Assembly: GCA_937901255.1 (NCBI GenBank)
Contig: CALCHN010000044.1
Coordinates: 6,102-70,101 of the forward strand
DNA: 64,000 bases
Reading direction: 5' to 3'
From: an uncultured Flavobacteriales bacterium
Lineage (GTDB): Bacteria; Bacteroidota; Bacteroidia; Flavobacteriales_E; Vicingaceae
Shown: positions 38,057 through 48,165 of the stretch, one piece after another
How the letters are laid out: every line of letters begins with the position of its first letter
How positions within the stretch are numbered: position 1 is the first letter of the stretch
Notes under the pieces: model-generated
Database searches by the model: none
What the model saw: only the letters and a program-made list of their open reading frames with translations
Told to the model about the DNA's origin: nothing
Translations under genes and position numbers: made by a program

Positions 38057-39271
38057 CTAAGGCTTCAAATTAAGTTGGTGTCCCATTTTACTTTTTTTAG
38101 TTTTAAGGTAGCTTTCGTTATGCAAATTAGATTCAATTTCTAAGGCTACATTATCAACTATTTCAAGACCATAACCTAATAAACCTGTTCTCTTTTTAGG
38201 GTTGTTGCTCATTAATTTCATTTTGGAAACACCTAAATCACGTAAAATTTGAGCTCCAATACCATAATCACGTTCGTCAGCTTTAAAACCAAGTTCTATG
38301 TTAGCCTCAACAGTATCTCTACCTTCTTCCTGAAGTTTGTAGGCTTTAAGTTTATTCATTAAACCAATACCTCGTCCTTCTTGGTTCATGTAAACCACTA
38401 CACCTTTTCCTTCTTTTTCAATCATTTCCATTGCTTTGTGCAATTGAGGGCCACAATCACATCGGCAAGAACCAAATATATCACCAGTCATACAGGATGA
38501 GTGAACTCTAACTAAAACAGGTTCATCTTTGTCCCATTCTCCTTTAAAGATGGCTAAATGATCCATATCGTTAGTTGTTTGCTTGTAAGCAGCCATTTTA
38601 AAATCTCCATATTCTGTAGGTAAATCAATGGTCACTTCTCTTTTAATTAGCGTTTCGTGTTGTAAACGATAAGAAATTAAATCTTTAATGCTAACTATTT
38701 TAAGTTGGTGTTTTTCAGCAATCTTTAATAATTCCGGAAGACGAGCCATAGTGCCATCTTCATTCATAATTTCTACAATTACACCCGCTGGTTCAAAACC
38801 TGCTAATCGGGCAAAATCTATAGCCGCTTCGGTATGTCCAGCTCTTCTTAAAACGCCACCTCTTTTAGCTCTAAGTGGGAAAATATGTCCTGGTTTACCT
38901 AATTGTTCTTTTCTAGTATTAGGATTAATTAATGCTTTAATGGTTTTAGACCTGTCGGAAGCAGAAATACCTGTTGTACAGCCTTCGCCAATTAAATCTA
39001 CAGAAACGGTAAAAGGTGTTTCGTAAGCAGCATTATTTTGATGTACCATTAACTCTAATCCTAATTCATCGCATCTATCTTCAACTAGTGGAGCACAGAT
39101 AAGTCCTCTACCGTGTGTTGCCATAAAGTTAATCATTTCGGGAGTTACAGCTCTTGCGGCTGCTAAAAAATCACCTTCATTTTCTCTGTCCTCATCATCA
39201 ACAACAATAATAATTTTACCATTTTTGATATCTTCAATCGCTTCTTCTATTTTGTTTAATTTTGCTTCCAT
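38057..39271 (-). CDS. ribBA: Bifunctional 3,4-dihydroxy-2-butanone-4-phosphate synthase / GTP cyclohydrolase II
   Basis: RibB motifs [10 protein letters not shown] and HTEAAID. RibA zinc motif CxxGDxxGSxRCDC ([17 protein letters not shown]). Confidence 0.95.
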   Translation of the reverse strand: MEAKLNKIEEAIEDIKNGKIIIVVDDEDRENEGDFLAAARAVTPEMINFMATHGRGLICAPLVEDRCDELGLELMVHQNNAAYETPFTVSVDLIGEGCTTGISASDRSKTIKALINPNTRKEQLGKPGHIFPLRAKRGGVLRRAGHTEAAIDFARLAGFEPAGVIVEIMNEDGTMARLPELLKIAEKHQLKIVSIKDLISYRLQHETLIKREVTIDLPTEYGDFKMAAYKQTTNDMDHLAIFKGEWDKDEPVLVRVHSSCMTGDIFGSCRCDCGPQLHKAMEMIEKEGKGVVVYMNQEGRGIGLMNKLKAYKLQEEGRDTVEANIELGFKADERDYGIGAQILRDLGVSKMKLMSNNPKKRTGLLGYGLEIVDNVALEIESNLHNESYLKTKKSKMGHQLNLKP

Positions 39272-39334
39272 TAAGTTGTATGAATTATTTTTAGCAAAAT
39301 TACTAAAATTGAATGGGGATAATTCGTTTAACGT

Positions 39335-39368
39335 TGAAGTTATTTAAACTATGAACTTTAAATAACTT
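39335..39368. promoter_or_regulatory. Perfect 13-bp inverted repeat between divergent ribBA and ruvX
   Basis: GAAGTTATTTAAA-CTATGAAC-TTTAAATAACTTC. It lies 29 nt upstream of the ruvX ATG and 64 nt upstream of the ribBA ATG. Confidence 0.3.
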
Positions 39369-39396
39369 CACGTATAAATAAATAGAATTTTAAATA

Positions 39397-39819
39397 ATGG
39401 CTAGGGTTTTAGCAATAGATTACGGACAAAAAAGAGTAGGAGTAGCTGTAACAGATGATTTACAGATTATTGCCAGCGGCTTAACAACTGTTCATGTAAA
39501 AGATATCATTACCTTTTTGGAAGATTATCTTACTAAATATGAGGTAGAAACTATTGTGGTTGGTTTAGCAATGGATTTGAAAAATCAACCTGCACAATCT
39601 GCCAGGTTTATAGAACCTTTTGTAAAACACATCACTAAAAAATTTCCTCAAGTAAAAATTGAAAGAGTGGATGAAAGGTTTACCTCAAAAATGGCATTTC
39701 AGACCATGATAGATGGTGGGTTAAAGAAAAAAGCTCGACAGAATAAAGCTTTAGTAGATCAGATTAGTGCCACCATTATTTTACAAAGTTATTTGGAACA
39801 GAAAAATGGGTTAATCTAA
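39397..39819 (+). CDS. ruvX: Holliday-junction resolvase-like nuclease RuvX/YqgF
   Basis: N-terminal motif LAIDYGQKRVGVAV and C-terminal DERFTS. 140 aa. Confidence 0.9.
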   Translation: MARVLAIDYGQKRVGVAVTDDLQIIASGLTTVHVKDIITFLEDYLTKYEVETIVVGLAMDLKNQPAQSARFIEPFVKHITKKFPQVKIERVDERFTSKMAFQTMIDGGLKKKARQNKALVDQISATIILQSYLEQKNGLI

Positions 39820-41469
39820 CAACTTCACTTTCTTTAGGCTTAATAAATTAATAGGGTTGATACCTAAGTTCTCCACATTAGGTTGGGTTAATCTTACCAC
39901 TTCATCGTAATATAAAATTACTACAGGAGCTTCTTCAATTATAATGTTATCCATACGTTGGTAATAATCGTAACGGATAGAATCGTTAGTTTCTTTTTGA
40001 GAAAGTTCATATAAATTATCAAAAGCTACGTTGCTAAAATGCGTGTAATTTGGTCCGTGAGGCGTAAAGTTTTTACTATAAAATAAAGCCAAATAATTTT
40101 CTGCATCAGGGTAATCTGCTATCCATGATTTTCTGAAGAAATTTAATTTGGAACGAGCCACTAATTCTCTGTGTGTAGTAGCCTGAACAATATCTACTTT
40201 CACTTTTATACCTATTTCACCCAATTGATGTTGAATAAATTCGCATAAATCAACATAATTAGCGGTAGTAAAAAGTGTAATTTCTGGCATTCCTTCTCCA
40301 TTTGGATAACCTGCTAAGTAAAGTAACTCTTTGGCTTTTTCAGGATTGTAGTTATAGCCTTTCACTTTTTCTTCATCATAAGATGGCAAACCTTTTGGGA
40401 CAAAACCTGCTTCAGCTGGAGTTCCAATGTTTTTTCGTAAGTAAGAAATCATTTGTTTTCTGTCGAAACCATAGTTAATGGCTTGTCTTACATATTTCTT
40501 TTTCAGCGGACTTTTGGCAACAATATCCAATTCATCATCTACTAAAATACCTAAATATTCGGTATTTAAATAAGGGTTGGTAAGCATTTTAACTCTATTG
40601 GTATATTCTTTTTTTAGTTTACCGTCAGCAGTAAAAATACTTTCTTTATTATCACCATCTCTCCCCGAAACAAAATCTAATTCTTTATTTAAAAATTTTA
40701 AAAATTCCATTTCCTTGTCTTTAACAAAGGAGATAGAAATAGCATCTATATAAGGTAATTGTTTACCGTTTTCATCTTTTTCCCAATAGTTAGGATTTTT
40801 TAATAAAACTAGTTTGTTGTTTTCGTCCCAAACTTTAAACATAAAAGGACCTGTACCCACAGGGTTGCTTCGGTAATCATTTTTGTAGTACTCAACCACT
40901 TCTTTAGCTACTACAGCACAATATTGCATGGTAAGAATTCCTAAAAAAGGAGGGAAGGCTTGGTTTAAGTGAATTTTTAAGGTAGTGTCATCAATTGCTT
41001 CAAAAGGTTGGTAGTTAAATTCTTCTTCAAAAGCAACATTATTAAAAATCCAGGTTCCCGGTGAAGCAACTTTTGAGTCTAAAATTCTGTTGAAACTATA
41101 AACAAAATCATGAGCAGTAACTTTTCTTCCTTTACCATTTTCAAATTGTTCGTTATCATGAAAAAAAACATTGTTGTGCAGGAAAAAAGTATAGGTTTTT
41201 CCATCATCAGAAATTTCCCATCTTTTAGCAATAGAAGGTTGGACGTTGAGTTGGTCGTCCATTTCTAGCAAACCATTATAAAGATGATTACACGCCCAAA
41301 TATTTTCTGGGTTTCTAGAAAAAGCTGGGTCTAGAGAGGTAATTCCGGCTGCTTCGTTGTATTTAAAGACTTTTAATTTAGCTTCATCACTCTTGTCTGA
41401 ACCACAAGACCAAATTAATAATGTTGCTGAAAATAGTGTAAGGATGATAATTAATTGATTACGCTTCAT
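39811..41469 (-). CDS. ABC transporter substrate-binding protein, family 5 (peptide/nickel type)
   Basis: Lipoprotein signal (WSC). SBP_bac_5-like pattern throughout 552 aa. No cognate permease gene is adjacent. Confidence 0.8.
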   Translation of the reverse strand: MKRNQLIIILTLFSATLLIWSCGSDKSDEAKLKVFKYNEAAGITSLDPAFSRNPENIWACNHLYNGLLEMDDQLNVQPSIAKRWEISDDGKTYTFFLHNNVFFHDNEQFENGKGRKVTAHDFVYSFNRILDSKVASPGTWIFNNVAFEEEFNYQPFEAIDDTTLKIHLNQAFPPFLGILTMQYCAVVAKEVVEYYKNDYRSNPVGTGPFMFKVWDENNKLVLLKNPNYWEKDENGKQLPYIDAISISFVKDKEMEFLKFLNKELDFVSGRDGDNKESIFTADGKLKKEYTNRVKMLTNPYLNTEYLGILVDDELDIVAKSPLKKKYVRQAINYGFDRKQMISYLRKNIGTPAEAGFVPKGLPSYDEEKVKGYNYNPEKAKELLYLAGYPNGEGMPEITLFTTANYVDLCEFIQHQLGEIGIKVKVDIVQATTHRELVARSKLNFFRKSWIADYPDAENYLALFYSKNFTPHGPNYTHFSNVAFDNLYELSQKETNDSIRYDYYQRMDNIIIEEAPVVILYYDEVVRLTQPNVENLGINPINLLSLKKVKLLD

Positions 41470-41530
41470 AATGTAGTGGTGTTTTTATGAATGTAATGTT
41501 AAGCAATAATAAAAAGGAATGTAGGGTTGA

Positions 41531-42079
41531 TTAAAGCTTGTTTTCAACACGGTTTTTAACAGTTTCTTTTAGTGTTTTAATCAATTTTTTTGCTTGTTGT
41601 CCATTTAAATCAATCCCAAAAGGAATTTGTTGCTTATTAATGTTTAGACAAAGTGTGTAATGATTAGAATTCCAATATGAAGAGCTCATTTCATAAACTA
41701 ATTTTCCTTTGTGTTTTAATGCTTCAATACTATCTATGGCAGTTAAGTCGTATCTTTCAGTTACTCCTCTTTCTCCAATTTTTTTAGTGAGATAAATACT
41801 TTCTTTATCAATAGTTATTACTTCTTTACCGAATTTTCTCCATCGAATGGCGTAGATAACTTTAAATTCAAAAAACAACCAAAAGATAAGGTAAACAACA
41901 AAAAATAATTTTGTACTAGAAGGGTAATCGTAAAAAAACTGACTAATTATGGCTAACCCGCAAAGAGAAAACAAAACTAACCAAGTGGTAAGCATATTTT
42001 GTTTTCTTTTATCATAAAGTGGATAAATTAAAATAGTTAGCTCATTGTTTTCTTCAATATATTCTATTTTATTTTCCAT
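41531..42079 (-). CDS. Hypothetical membrane protein (two TM helices plus a soluble C-terminal domain)
   Basis: ORF with its start moved to the ATG giving MENKIEYIEE. Two hydrophobic helices are present (LTTWLVLFSLCGLAII and FFVVYLIFWLFF). Confidence 0.5.
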   Translation of the reverse strand: MENKIEYIEENNELTILIYPLYDKRKQNMLTTWLVLFSLCGLAIISQFFYDYPSSTKLFFVVYLIFWLFFEFKVIYAIRWRKFGKEVITIDKESIYLTKKIGERGVTERYDLTAIDSIEALKHKGKLVYEMSSSYWNSNHYTLCLNINKQQIPFGIDLNGQQAKKLIKTLKETVKNRVENKL

Positions 42080-42177
42080 TTTAGCGTGTTTTGATGCTTT
42101 AAAGGTCAAACTTCCTACTTTTTTTAACTTTTTATGTAATTTTTAACAAAAAATTTATACATTCCATAAAGAGGCAT

Positions 42178-42185
42178 TATCTTTG
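42178..42185 (+). promoter_or_regulatory. Candidate -7 promoter box (TAnnTTTG)
   Basis: TATCTTTG lies 57 nt upstream of the ATG at 42242. Confidence 0.35.
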
Positions 42186-42241
42186 TAAAAGTTCGATGTA
42201 AATTATTAAATGTGTAATTAACTAAAAAAACTAAAAATTCT

Positions 42242-43168
42242 ATGAAAAAATTTTCGATACAATTAATTACTTTATTATTACTAACCACCTTTGGAAAGGC
42301 AGTTGCTCAAGATAAAAAAATTGAGGATTTGAACTTTTTATATGTTGACGAAAAGTATGATAAATTAGTAGATAAATCTATAAAATTAATGGATGATGCT
42401 ACTTATAGAAAACATCCTATGCCTTATCTATATGCTGCAATGGGATTGTACGAGATTTCTAAATTACCAGAAAAATATAGTGTAGGAGAAAGAGATTCGG
42501 ATTATCCTAAACCATTAAAAGATGCTGAAAAATACATTTATAAATATGTAAAAGCTGAGGCAAAAGCTCAAAAGTATTTTGATGATTATGAGCCAACAAT
42601 GGACGATTATAAAGAATTCTTCATCAACATAGCTGATACAGCCAATAAATTAGGACAGCATTTATTTTTGGTGGAGAAACCAAGAAAAGCAGCGTTAGAA
42701 TATAAATATGCTTTTAAAGCAATTCCTAGCGACCCAGTGTTGCAACTTTGGCAAGGTATAAGTGAAATTAAATCTATGAATGCTGTAGAAGGTGAAAAAA
42801 ATGCCAGAGCAGCAATGGAATTGATAGATGAAAAATTTGAACCTTCAACTGCTACTGCTGGAGTAATTTCTTCTGGGATGCTTATTTTAGAAGAATATTT
42901 CACTCAACAAGGAGATATGGAAATGGCTGCAAAAGCTAAAAAAATGGTAGAAGTATTTAAAAAATATGACCCTGAAGTACTTGATAAGAAAAAACAAGAA
43001 GAGAAAAAACAAAAAGCAAAAGAGAAAGATGTGGTGATGAAGAAGTTTTATAGTGATGAAGATGATGAAGATAATCAAGACTTGAAAAAAGGTAAAGTGG
43101 TTATTGATAAAGATGCTAAAGATGCCGATAAAAAATTAGACGAGATTGAAGATGATTTTGAAGATTAA
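42242..43168 (+). CDS. Hypothetical secreted helical protein with a K/E/D-rich tail (308 aa)
   Basis: Signal peptide (AVAQ). TPR-like helical body. The C-terminal 70 aa are low-complexity and charged. Confidence 0.55.
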   Translation: MKKFSIQLITLLLLTTFGKAVAQDKKIEDLNFLYVDEKYDKLVDKSIKLMDDATYRKHPMPYLYAAMGLYEISKLPEKYSVGERDSDYPKPLKDAEKYIYKYVKAEAKAQKYFDDYEPTMDDYKEFFINIADTANKLGQHLFLVEKPRKAALEYKYAFKAIPSDPVLQLWQGISEIKSMNAVEGEKNARAAMELIDEKFEPSTATAGVISSGMLILEEYFTQQGDMEMAAKAKKMVEVFKKYDPEVLDKKKQEEKKQKAKEKDVVMKKFYSDEDDEDNQDLKKGKVVIDKDAKDADKKLDEIEDDFED

Positions 43169-43187
43169 ATTGAATCAATAAAAAAAA

Positions 43188-43220
43188 TAAAAACTCCTGA
43201 AGCAATTCAGGAGTTTTTTT
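43188..43220. terminator. Bidirectional rho-independent terminator
   Basis: A-run, then the stem AAACTCCTGAA-GCAA-TTCAGGAGTTT, then a T-run. It lies between convergent genes. Confidence 0.8.
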
Positions 43221-43224
43221 ATGT

Positions 43225-44262
43225 CTAATTTTTAAAAAGTAATAACTCATCTTCACCAATCATTTCAGTAGAAATAGGAGTAGAGGTAATTATTGGTGCT
43301 TTTAAACCTTTTTCAAAATTTTTATTTCCAGTAAATACTTTAGCTTCATCCCATAAGTTTTCATTTATAAAACTTTGTAGTAATTGAGCTCCCCCTTCAA
43401 TAAAAATAGAAGTAATTTGTTGTTCGTATAGCTTATACATACATTGTTGCAATATATTTTCGGTTGGCTCTATTTTAATGTAAGTGATGTTTTTAGCAAC
43501 TTCGTTTTTTAGGCTATTAAAAACAATAGTTGGAGCTTCATCATTAAAAATAGTCAAGTTTTTGGGAAGTCTTAAATTTAAATCTAACACCACTCTAATA
43601 GGGTTTTTACCTTTCCATTCTCTAACGGTAAGAGATGGATTATCGTTAAGTGCTGTGTTTGTTCCAATCATAATAGCATGTTCTTCACTTCTCCATTTAT
43701 GCACCAATGTTTTTGAAGCAGCACAGGTTATCCAATTATCTATTTCTATATTTTGAGACCTATCAATATCTATAAAACCATCTTGTGTTTGAGCCCATTT
43801 TAAAATAATATATGGTCTTTTTTTATGATGAAAAGTAAAAAAACGTTTGTTAATGGCTAAACATTCTTTTTCAAGCACACCTAAGGTTACTTTTATATCT
43901 GCTTTTTTTAGTTTTTCAATGCCTTTTCCAGCAACTTCTGCATAGGTATCTATACAGCCAATTACAGCATGAGGAATGTTGAATCGCACAATTAAATCAG
44001 CACAAGGTGGCGTTTTTCCAAAATGAGCACAAGGCTCGAGGCTAACATAAATTGTACTTTCTGCAAGTAATGATTTATTGGAGACGCTATTAATAGCATT
44101 AACTTCTGCATGAGCCTCACCATAGTTTCTATGATAGCCTTCACCAATTATGGTGTTTTTATGTACAATAACACAACCTACCATTGGGTTGGGATAAACA
44201 TTTCTTACGCCTTTTTTTGCAAGTTGCAAACAACGAAGCATATATGTTTCATGGCTTATCAT
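43225..44262 (-). CDS. ribD: Bifunctional riboflavin biosynthesis deaminase/reductase
   Basis: Deaminase zinc motifs HAEVNA and PCAHFGKTPPC. Reductase half follows. The start is chosen at MISHETYMLRCLQLAKKG, which matches the RibD N-terminal pattern. The track's TTG extension is discarded, and M at 44241 is an alternative start. Confidence 0.9.
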   Translation of the reverse strand: MISHETYMLRCLQLAKKGVRNVYPNPMVGCVIVHKNTIIGEGYHRNYGEAHAEVNAINSVSNKSLLAESTIYVSLEPCAHFGKTPPCADLIVRFNIPHAVIGCIDTYAEVAGKGIEKLKKADIKVTLGVLEKECLAINKRFFTFHHKKRPYIILKWAQTQDGFIDIDRSQNIEIDNWITCAASKTLVHKWRSEEHAIMIGTNTALNDNPSLTVREWKGKNPIRVVLDLNLRLPKNLTIFNDEAPTIVFNSLKNEVAKNITYIKIEPTENILQQCMYKLYEQQITSIFIEGGAQLLQSFINENLWDEAKVFTGNKNFEKGLKAPIITSTPISTEMIGEDELLLFKN

Positions 44263-44447
44263 AGATGCACCAAAAGTAAGGTTTTTTGTAATACTGAATA
44301 ACCCCAGATTTGTCAATTTTTGGAAGCTAACTGCTTTAAATTTTTAAACCGTAGATAAAGCTATGCTTGAAAAAATTGTCTTGTTATCTACAAAAATAAA
44401 TTCGTCAAATTCTTAGCAAACCTAAGTTCATTCAGTATAAAAATGAT

Positions 44448-44455
44448 TAGCTTTG
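44448..44455 (+). promoter_or_regulatory. Candidate -7 promoter box (TAnnTTTG)
   Basis: TAGCTTTG lies 28 nt upstream of the ATG at 44483. Confidence 0.35.
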
Positions 44456-44482
44456 TTTTTTTCTTAAACAATCTAAAACACT

Positions 44483-45571
44483 ATGGCAAAAAAATCTATT
44501 TTAACAGCAAAATCATTAAAATTTTTAGAGAATTATATTAATAATCCGGCTCCAACAGGGTTTGAATCTGAAGGACAAAAAATGTGGTTGGAGTATATAA
44601 AACCTTATGTAGATGATTATTTTGTAGATACTTATGGGTCGGTTGCAGCAATTGTAAATCCTAAGGCAGAATACAAAGTGGTAATTGAAGCACATGCCGA
44701 TGAAATTTCTTGGTTTGTACATTATATTAATGAAAAAGGCTTTATTTATTTACGAAGAAATGGCGGTTCTGACCATCAAATAGCTCCATCAAAAAGAGTG
44801 AACATTCATACAGAAAAAGGAATTGTAAAAGCAATTTTTGGTTGGCCGGCAATTCATACCAGAAAAGATGGTAAAGAGGAAGCTCCTCAGTTAAATAATA
44901 TTTTCTTGGATTGCGGATGTACCACTAAAGAAGAAGTTGAAAAATTAGGAATTAGCATAGGAGATGTGATCACTTACGAAGATGAATTTATGGTATTGAA
45001 CAAAAACTATTTTGTTGGTCGTGCCTTAGATAACAGAATTGGTGGTTTTATGATAGCTGAAGTTGCACGTTTATTAAAAGAAAATAAACAAAAATTACCA
45101 TTTGGGTTGTACATTACTAATTCTGTTCAGGAAGAAGTTGGGTTAAGAGGAGCAGAAATGATGGTTCAAAACATTAAGCCTAATGTGGCTATCGTTACCG
45201 ATGTTTGTCATGATACTCAAACACCAATGATTAATAAAATTGAGCAAGGAGACAATCATGCAGGTAAAGGACCTGTTTTAACAGTTGGACCTGCTGTTCA
45301 GAACAATTTATTAAAACTGATAAAAACTACGGCAAACAAAAAGAAAATACCTTTTCAGTTAGCCGCTGCATCTAGAGCAACAGGAACAGATACGGATGCT
45401 TTTGCTTATGCAACAGGAGGAGTAGCTTCTGCTTTAATTTCTTTGCCATTAAGATACATGCACACAACAGTAGAAATGGTACATAGAGATGATGTTGAAA
45501 ATGTAATTCAGCTGATTTATGAAACCCTATTACAAATTAAAAATAACCAAGATTTTAGGTATTTGAAATAA
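44483..45571 (+). CDS. M42 family metallopeptidase (FrvX/glutamyl aminopeptidase-like)
   Basis: Metal-ligand pattern HADE...DNR...QEEVGLRGA...D.CH. 362 aa. Confidence 0.9.
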   Translation: MAKKSILTAKSLKFLENYINNPAPTGFESEGQKMWLEYIKPYVDDYFVDTYGSVAAIVNPKAEYKVVIEAHADEISWFVHYINEKGFIYLRRNGGSDHQIAPSKRVNIHTEKGIVKAIFGWPAIHTRKDGKEEAPQLNNIFLDCGCTTKEEVEKLGISIGDVITYEDEFMVLNKNYFVGRALDNRIGGFMIAEVARLLKENKQKLPFGLYITNSVQEEVGLRGAEMMVQNIKPNVAIVTDVCHDTQTPMINKIEQGDNHAGKGPVLTVGPAVQNNLLKLIKTTANKKKIPFQLAAASRATGTDTDAFAYATGGVASALISLPLRYMHTTVEMVHRDDVENVIQLIYETLLQIKNNQDFRYLK

Positions 45572-45591
45572 TATTTAAAAACTAGCTTATC

Positions 45592-45628
45592 AAAAAAAAA
45601 CGCCTTGAGTTACTCAAGGCGTTTTTTT
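45592..45628. terminator. Bidirectional rho-independent terminator
   Basis: A9 run, then CGCCTTGAG-TTA-CTCAAGGCG, then a T7 run. It lies between convergent genes. Confidence 0.85.
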
Positions 45629-45653
45629 GTAAGTTATGTTTAGTGATAATTTT

Positions 45654-48038
45654 TTAAAACTTCACTAACTTTTCAGTTTTTAGTAAGGTAGTATCTCCAA
45701 TAACTTTAATAAAATAAATTCCAGCAGGGTAGTTAGTGTTTATTTGTAAAGTATTGCTGTTATTAATGGTTTTATTGAACATAGTTTTTCCTGTTATATC
45801 GAAAATTTCAACACTTATAGTTTTGTAATCATTGTTTTCAATAGCAATATTTACCACCTCATTAAAAGGATTAGGATACACTTTTATAAGGTCAGTTGTT
45901 TGTATTTCATTTACAGAAACTAAAGCAGAATCATAAACTGCAAATCCATCAAAACCAGCTTCAGCTATATGTCCTTGACCTTCATCAGTGGCTTTTACAA
46001 TAAGTTGCATATTAGCGGTTAGCGGTAAAAAATTAGTTATTTTATATGATTTATGTACCCAAGTAGAAAAATCAGGAGTATTAACATCAGCATAATCTAA
46101 TCTGGCTTCGTTTATACCATTAGTTAAAATAACCACCATAGAATCATCTGGATTTCCTGAGCCGCCACCATTAACAAACCATCTATCAAAATGAAGGTAA
46201 GGATCTGTTGATGTTGATAAATCGAATACAGGAGAAGTTAAAATAACAGTCCCTCCGTCAATATCATCTGTTCCTGATTGTCCGCCACCATTGCCAGTAA
46301 CAAAAGCTTTTTCTCCACAATCGTTATTAATATCATTTCCTGGATTTACAGGAACACTACTTAAAAAAGTACCTACAGGCACATCTCTTACCCAAAAACC
46401 AGAAGAAGGATTATTTAATGTTGAAGTTGTCCAACCTAAATCAAAATCAAAATCATCGTAATAACCAACATCCATAGAGTAAGTATAAGGATTTCCTGTT
46501 GAATTAATATTTTGGGTGCTTAAACAAACTGATTGATGTCCCCAATGAGCAATATTTACATCATAAGTTGCAGGAACAAAATTGTTTAGGGTAAAATTTC
46601 CTGATGCATTTGTAGTAACAGTAGTAGAAAATTGTGAGTTACTAAAACGAATTTGAGCGTTAGCAATAGGAGTATTGGTAGTGTTTTCAATTATTTGTCC
46701 ACTAAGGTTAAAAGGTTGAACAGGTTCTAATTGAACATTTACAGTAGTGGTTTGTGCTGAAGTAAGTACTACGTTAAATACAGTGTCAGGATAAAATCCA
46801 AATTTAGAATAAACCACATCGTAAGTACCTGCATCAGCTATACCTGTTTTGTAATCTCCATTAAGATTTGAAGTGGTATTATTAGTTGTTGTTAGAATTT
46901 CAACATTTGCTCCACTAATGGCAGCAGTAGTATTTAAATTAGTAATGTTTCCTACTAAATAAGCTGCTCTAACGTAGTTGGGACCTAAAACAAACAAACC
47001 ATTTTCAATATCGCTAGCTAAAATAACCCCAGAAGGTAGCCAAGGATAAGCTCCCCAACAACCATTAAAACCATCACCACTAAACTGTGGAGAAGTATCA
47101 TAATGCCCAACCTCAATTATATTTGAAGGGTCGGAAACATCATGTATGGTAACTCCATCTCTGTAATAAGAAGTTATAAGGTAGTTATTAAAAAAATGGG
47201 TGTTGTGAGGAATTACTCCTTGTCCCGGACTAGATTGAATTTTATCTAAAAAAGTAATATTATTTAGGTTGCTAACATCATAAGCATCTATAAATGAATT
47301 TGTTTTTTCATCCGTTGTAAAAACAGTTTGTCCATCATCAGAAAACCAAATATTATGAGTAAAAAAGTTAGAAGTTGGTTGAGTAGCCATGGTTGAAGGA
47401 GCATTTTTATTAGCAACATCAACCACTACAAAAAAACCATCATTAACAGCAGCTCCCCATAATGTATCTCCTCTAACAACTGCATCATGGAAATAATAAG
47501 TATCATATCTTCCTAACTCAACTGGAACTTTTGGGTTATTGGTTAAATCAAGCATAATTGCACCGCCAACTCCATTATCAGCACCTAATATGTAGCATAC
47601 ACCATTTTCATCAATATATAAGTTATGTGCAGATTGAAAAGGATAGGTACTTCCTCCGTAACTAGTAACATTGGCAGCACTTAAAGCTCCCGGAAGCGGA
47701 TTAATGTCAATAATCATTAAACCACCCGTATTTTCATTTGTAATGTAAACGTGATTATTCCATGTTTTAATGTCTCTCCAAGTAGAGTTAGCTCCTGGAG
47801 CAAAAAATACTTCTACCGGATTGGTGGGAGTAGTAACATCTACAATGGCTACACCAGTTTCAAAACCTACTAAAGCATACTCGTTAGCCCCTTTTTTTAT
47901 TCCCCAAACATCATTTAAATCACCTCGGTTTCCTGTGAATGTTAAATTAGAAAGTAAGTTGATGTTTTTACTAGATTGAGCATTAGCAGTTAAAGCCAAA
48001 ACTGAAATTAAAAATACAATAGAGATTTTTTTGAACAT
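45654..48038 (-). CDS. T9SS-secreted multidomain protein: LVIVD/choice-of-anchor-B-like beta-propeller, CarboxypepD_reg-like domain, jelly-roll domain and a type-A C-terminal sorting domain
   Basis: Signal peptide. The N-terminal region reads NDVWGI..EYALVG...VDVTTPTNP...WRDIKTW. The C-terminal roughly 80 aa (VYPNPFNEVVNIAI...GIYFIKV...KLVKF) match the Por secretion tail (TIGR04183-type) pattern. Confidence 0.8.
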   Translation of the reverse strand: MFKKISIVFLISVLALTANAQSSKNINLLSNLTFTGNRGDLNDVWGIKKGANEYALVGFETGVAIVDVTTPTNPVEVFFAPGANSTWRDIKTWNNHVYITNENTGGLMIIDINPLPGALSAANVTSYGGSTYPFQSAHNLYIDENGVCYILGADNGVGGAIMLDLTNNPKVPVELGRYDTYYFHDAVVRGDTLWGAAVNDGFFVVVDVANKNAPSTMATQPTSNFFTHNIWFSDDGQTVFTTDEKTNSFIDAYDVSNLNNITFLDKIQSSPGQGVIPHNTHFFNNYLITSYYRDGVTIHDVSDPSNIIEVGHYDTSPQFSGDGFNGCWGAYPWLPSGVILASDIENGLFVLGPNYVRAAYLVGNITNLNTTAAISGANVEILTTTNNTTSNLNGDYKTGIADAGTYDVVYSKFGFYPDTVFNVVLTSAQTTTVNVQLEPVQPFNLSGQIIENTTNTPIANAQIRFSNSQFSTTVTTNASGNFTLNNFVPATYDVNIAHWGHQSVCLSTQNINSTGNPYTYSMDVGYYDDFDFDLGWTTSTLNNPSSGFWVRDVPVGTFLSSVPVNPGNDINNDCGEKAFVTGNGGGQSGTDDIDGGTVILTSPVFDLSTSTDPYLHFDRWFVNGGGSGNPDDSMVVILTNGINEARLDYADVNTPDFSTWVHKSYKITNFLPLTANMQLIVKATDEGQGHIAEAGFDGFAVYDSALVSVNEIQTTDLIKVYPNPFNEVVNIAIENNDYKTISVEIFDITGKTMFNKTINNSNTLQINTNYPAGIYFIKVIGDTTLLKTEKLVKF

Positions 48039-48165
48039 GATTTATTTTTTTAAAACTTTGTGCAAGATAAGATTATTAAATCTCAAAATAAATATAATTT
48101 AAAGGTATCTTTATAATCTTAAATGTATATTTGATTTATAAAAAGCAACTGAATAAAAAAGTTAT

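Noticed and set aside
38688-39026. 112-aa ORF on the plus strand inside ribBA.
   Set aside because: It lies entirely antisense to a strongly supported, motif-rich CDS. Its composition is low-complexity (S/A/P/L-rich), typical of a shadow frame, and it has no promoter or motif support.
42887-43078. 63-aa F/L-rich ORF on the minus strand.
   Set aside because: It is the complement of the K/E-rich low-complexity tail of the 308-aa protein (poly-A-rich DNA read as poly-F/L). This is an artefact of composition.
44263-44482. Looked for an FMN riboswitch in the ribD leader, and likewise in 39272-39396 for ribBA.
   Set aside because: Both leaders are short and very AT-rich. They lack the G/C-rich conserved helices of the FMN aptamer. 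A covariance-model scan would be needed for certainty.
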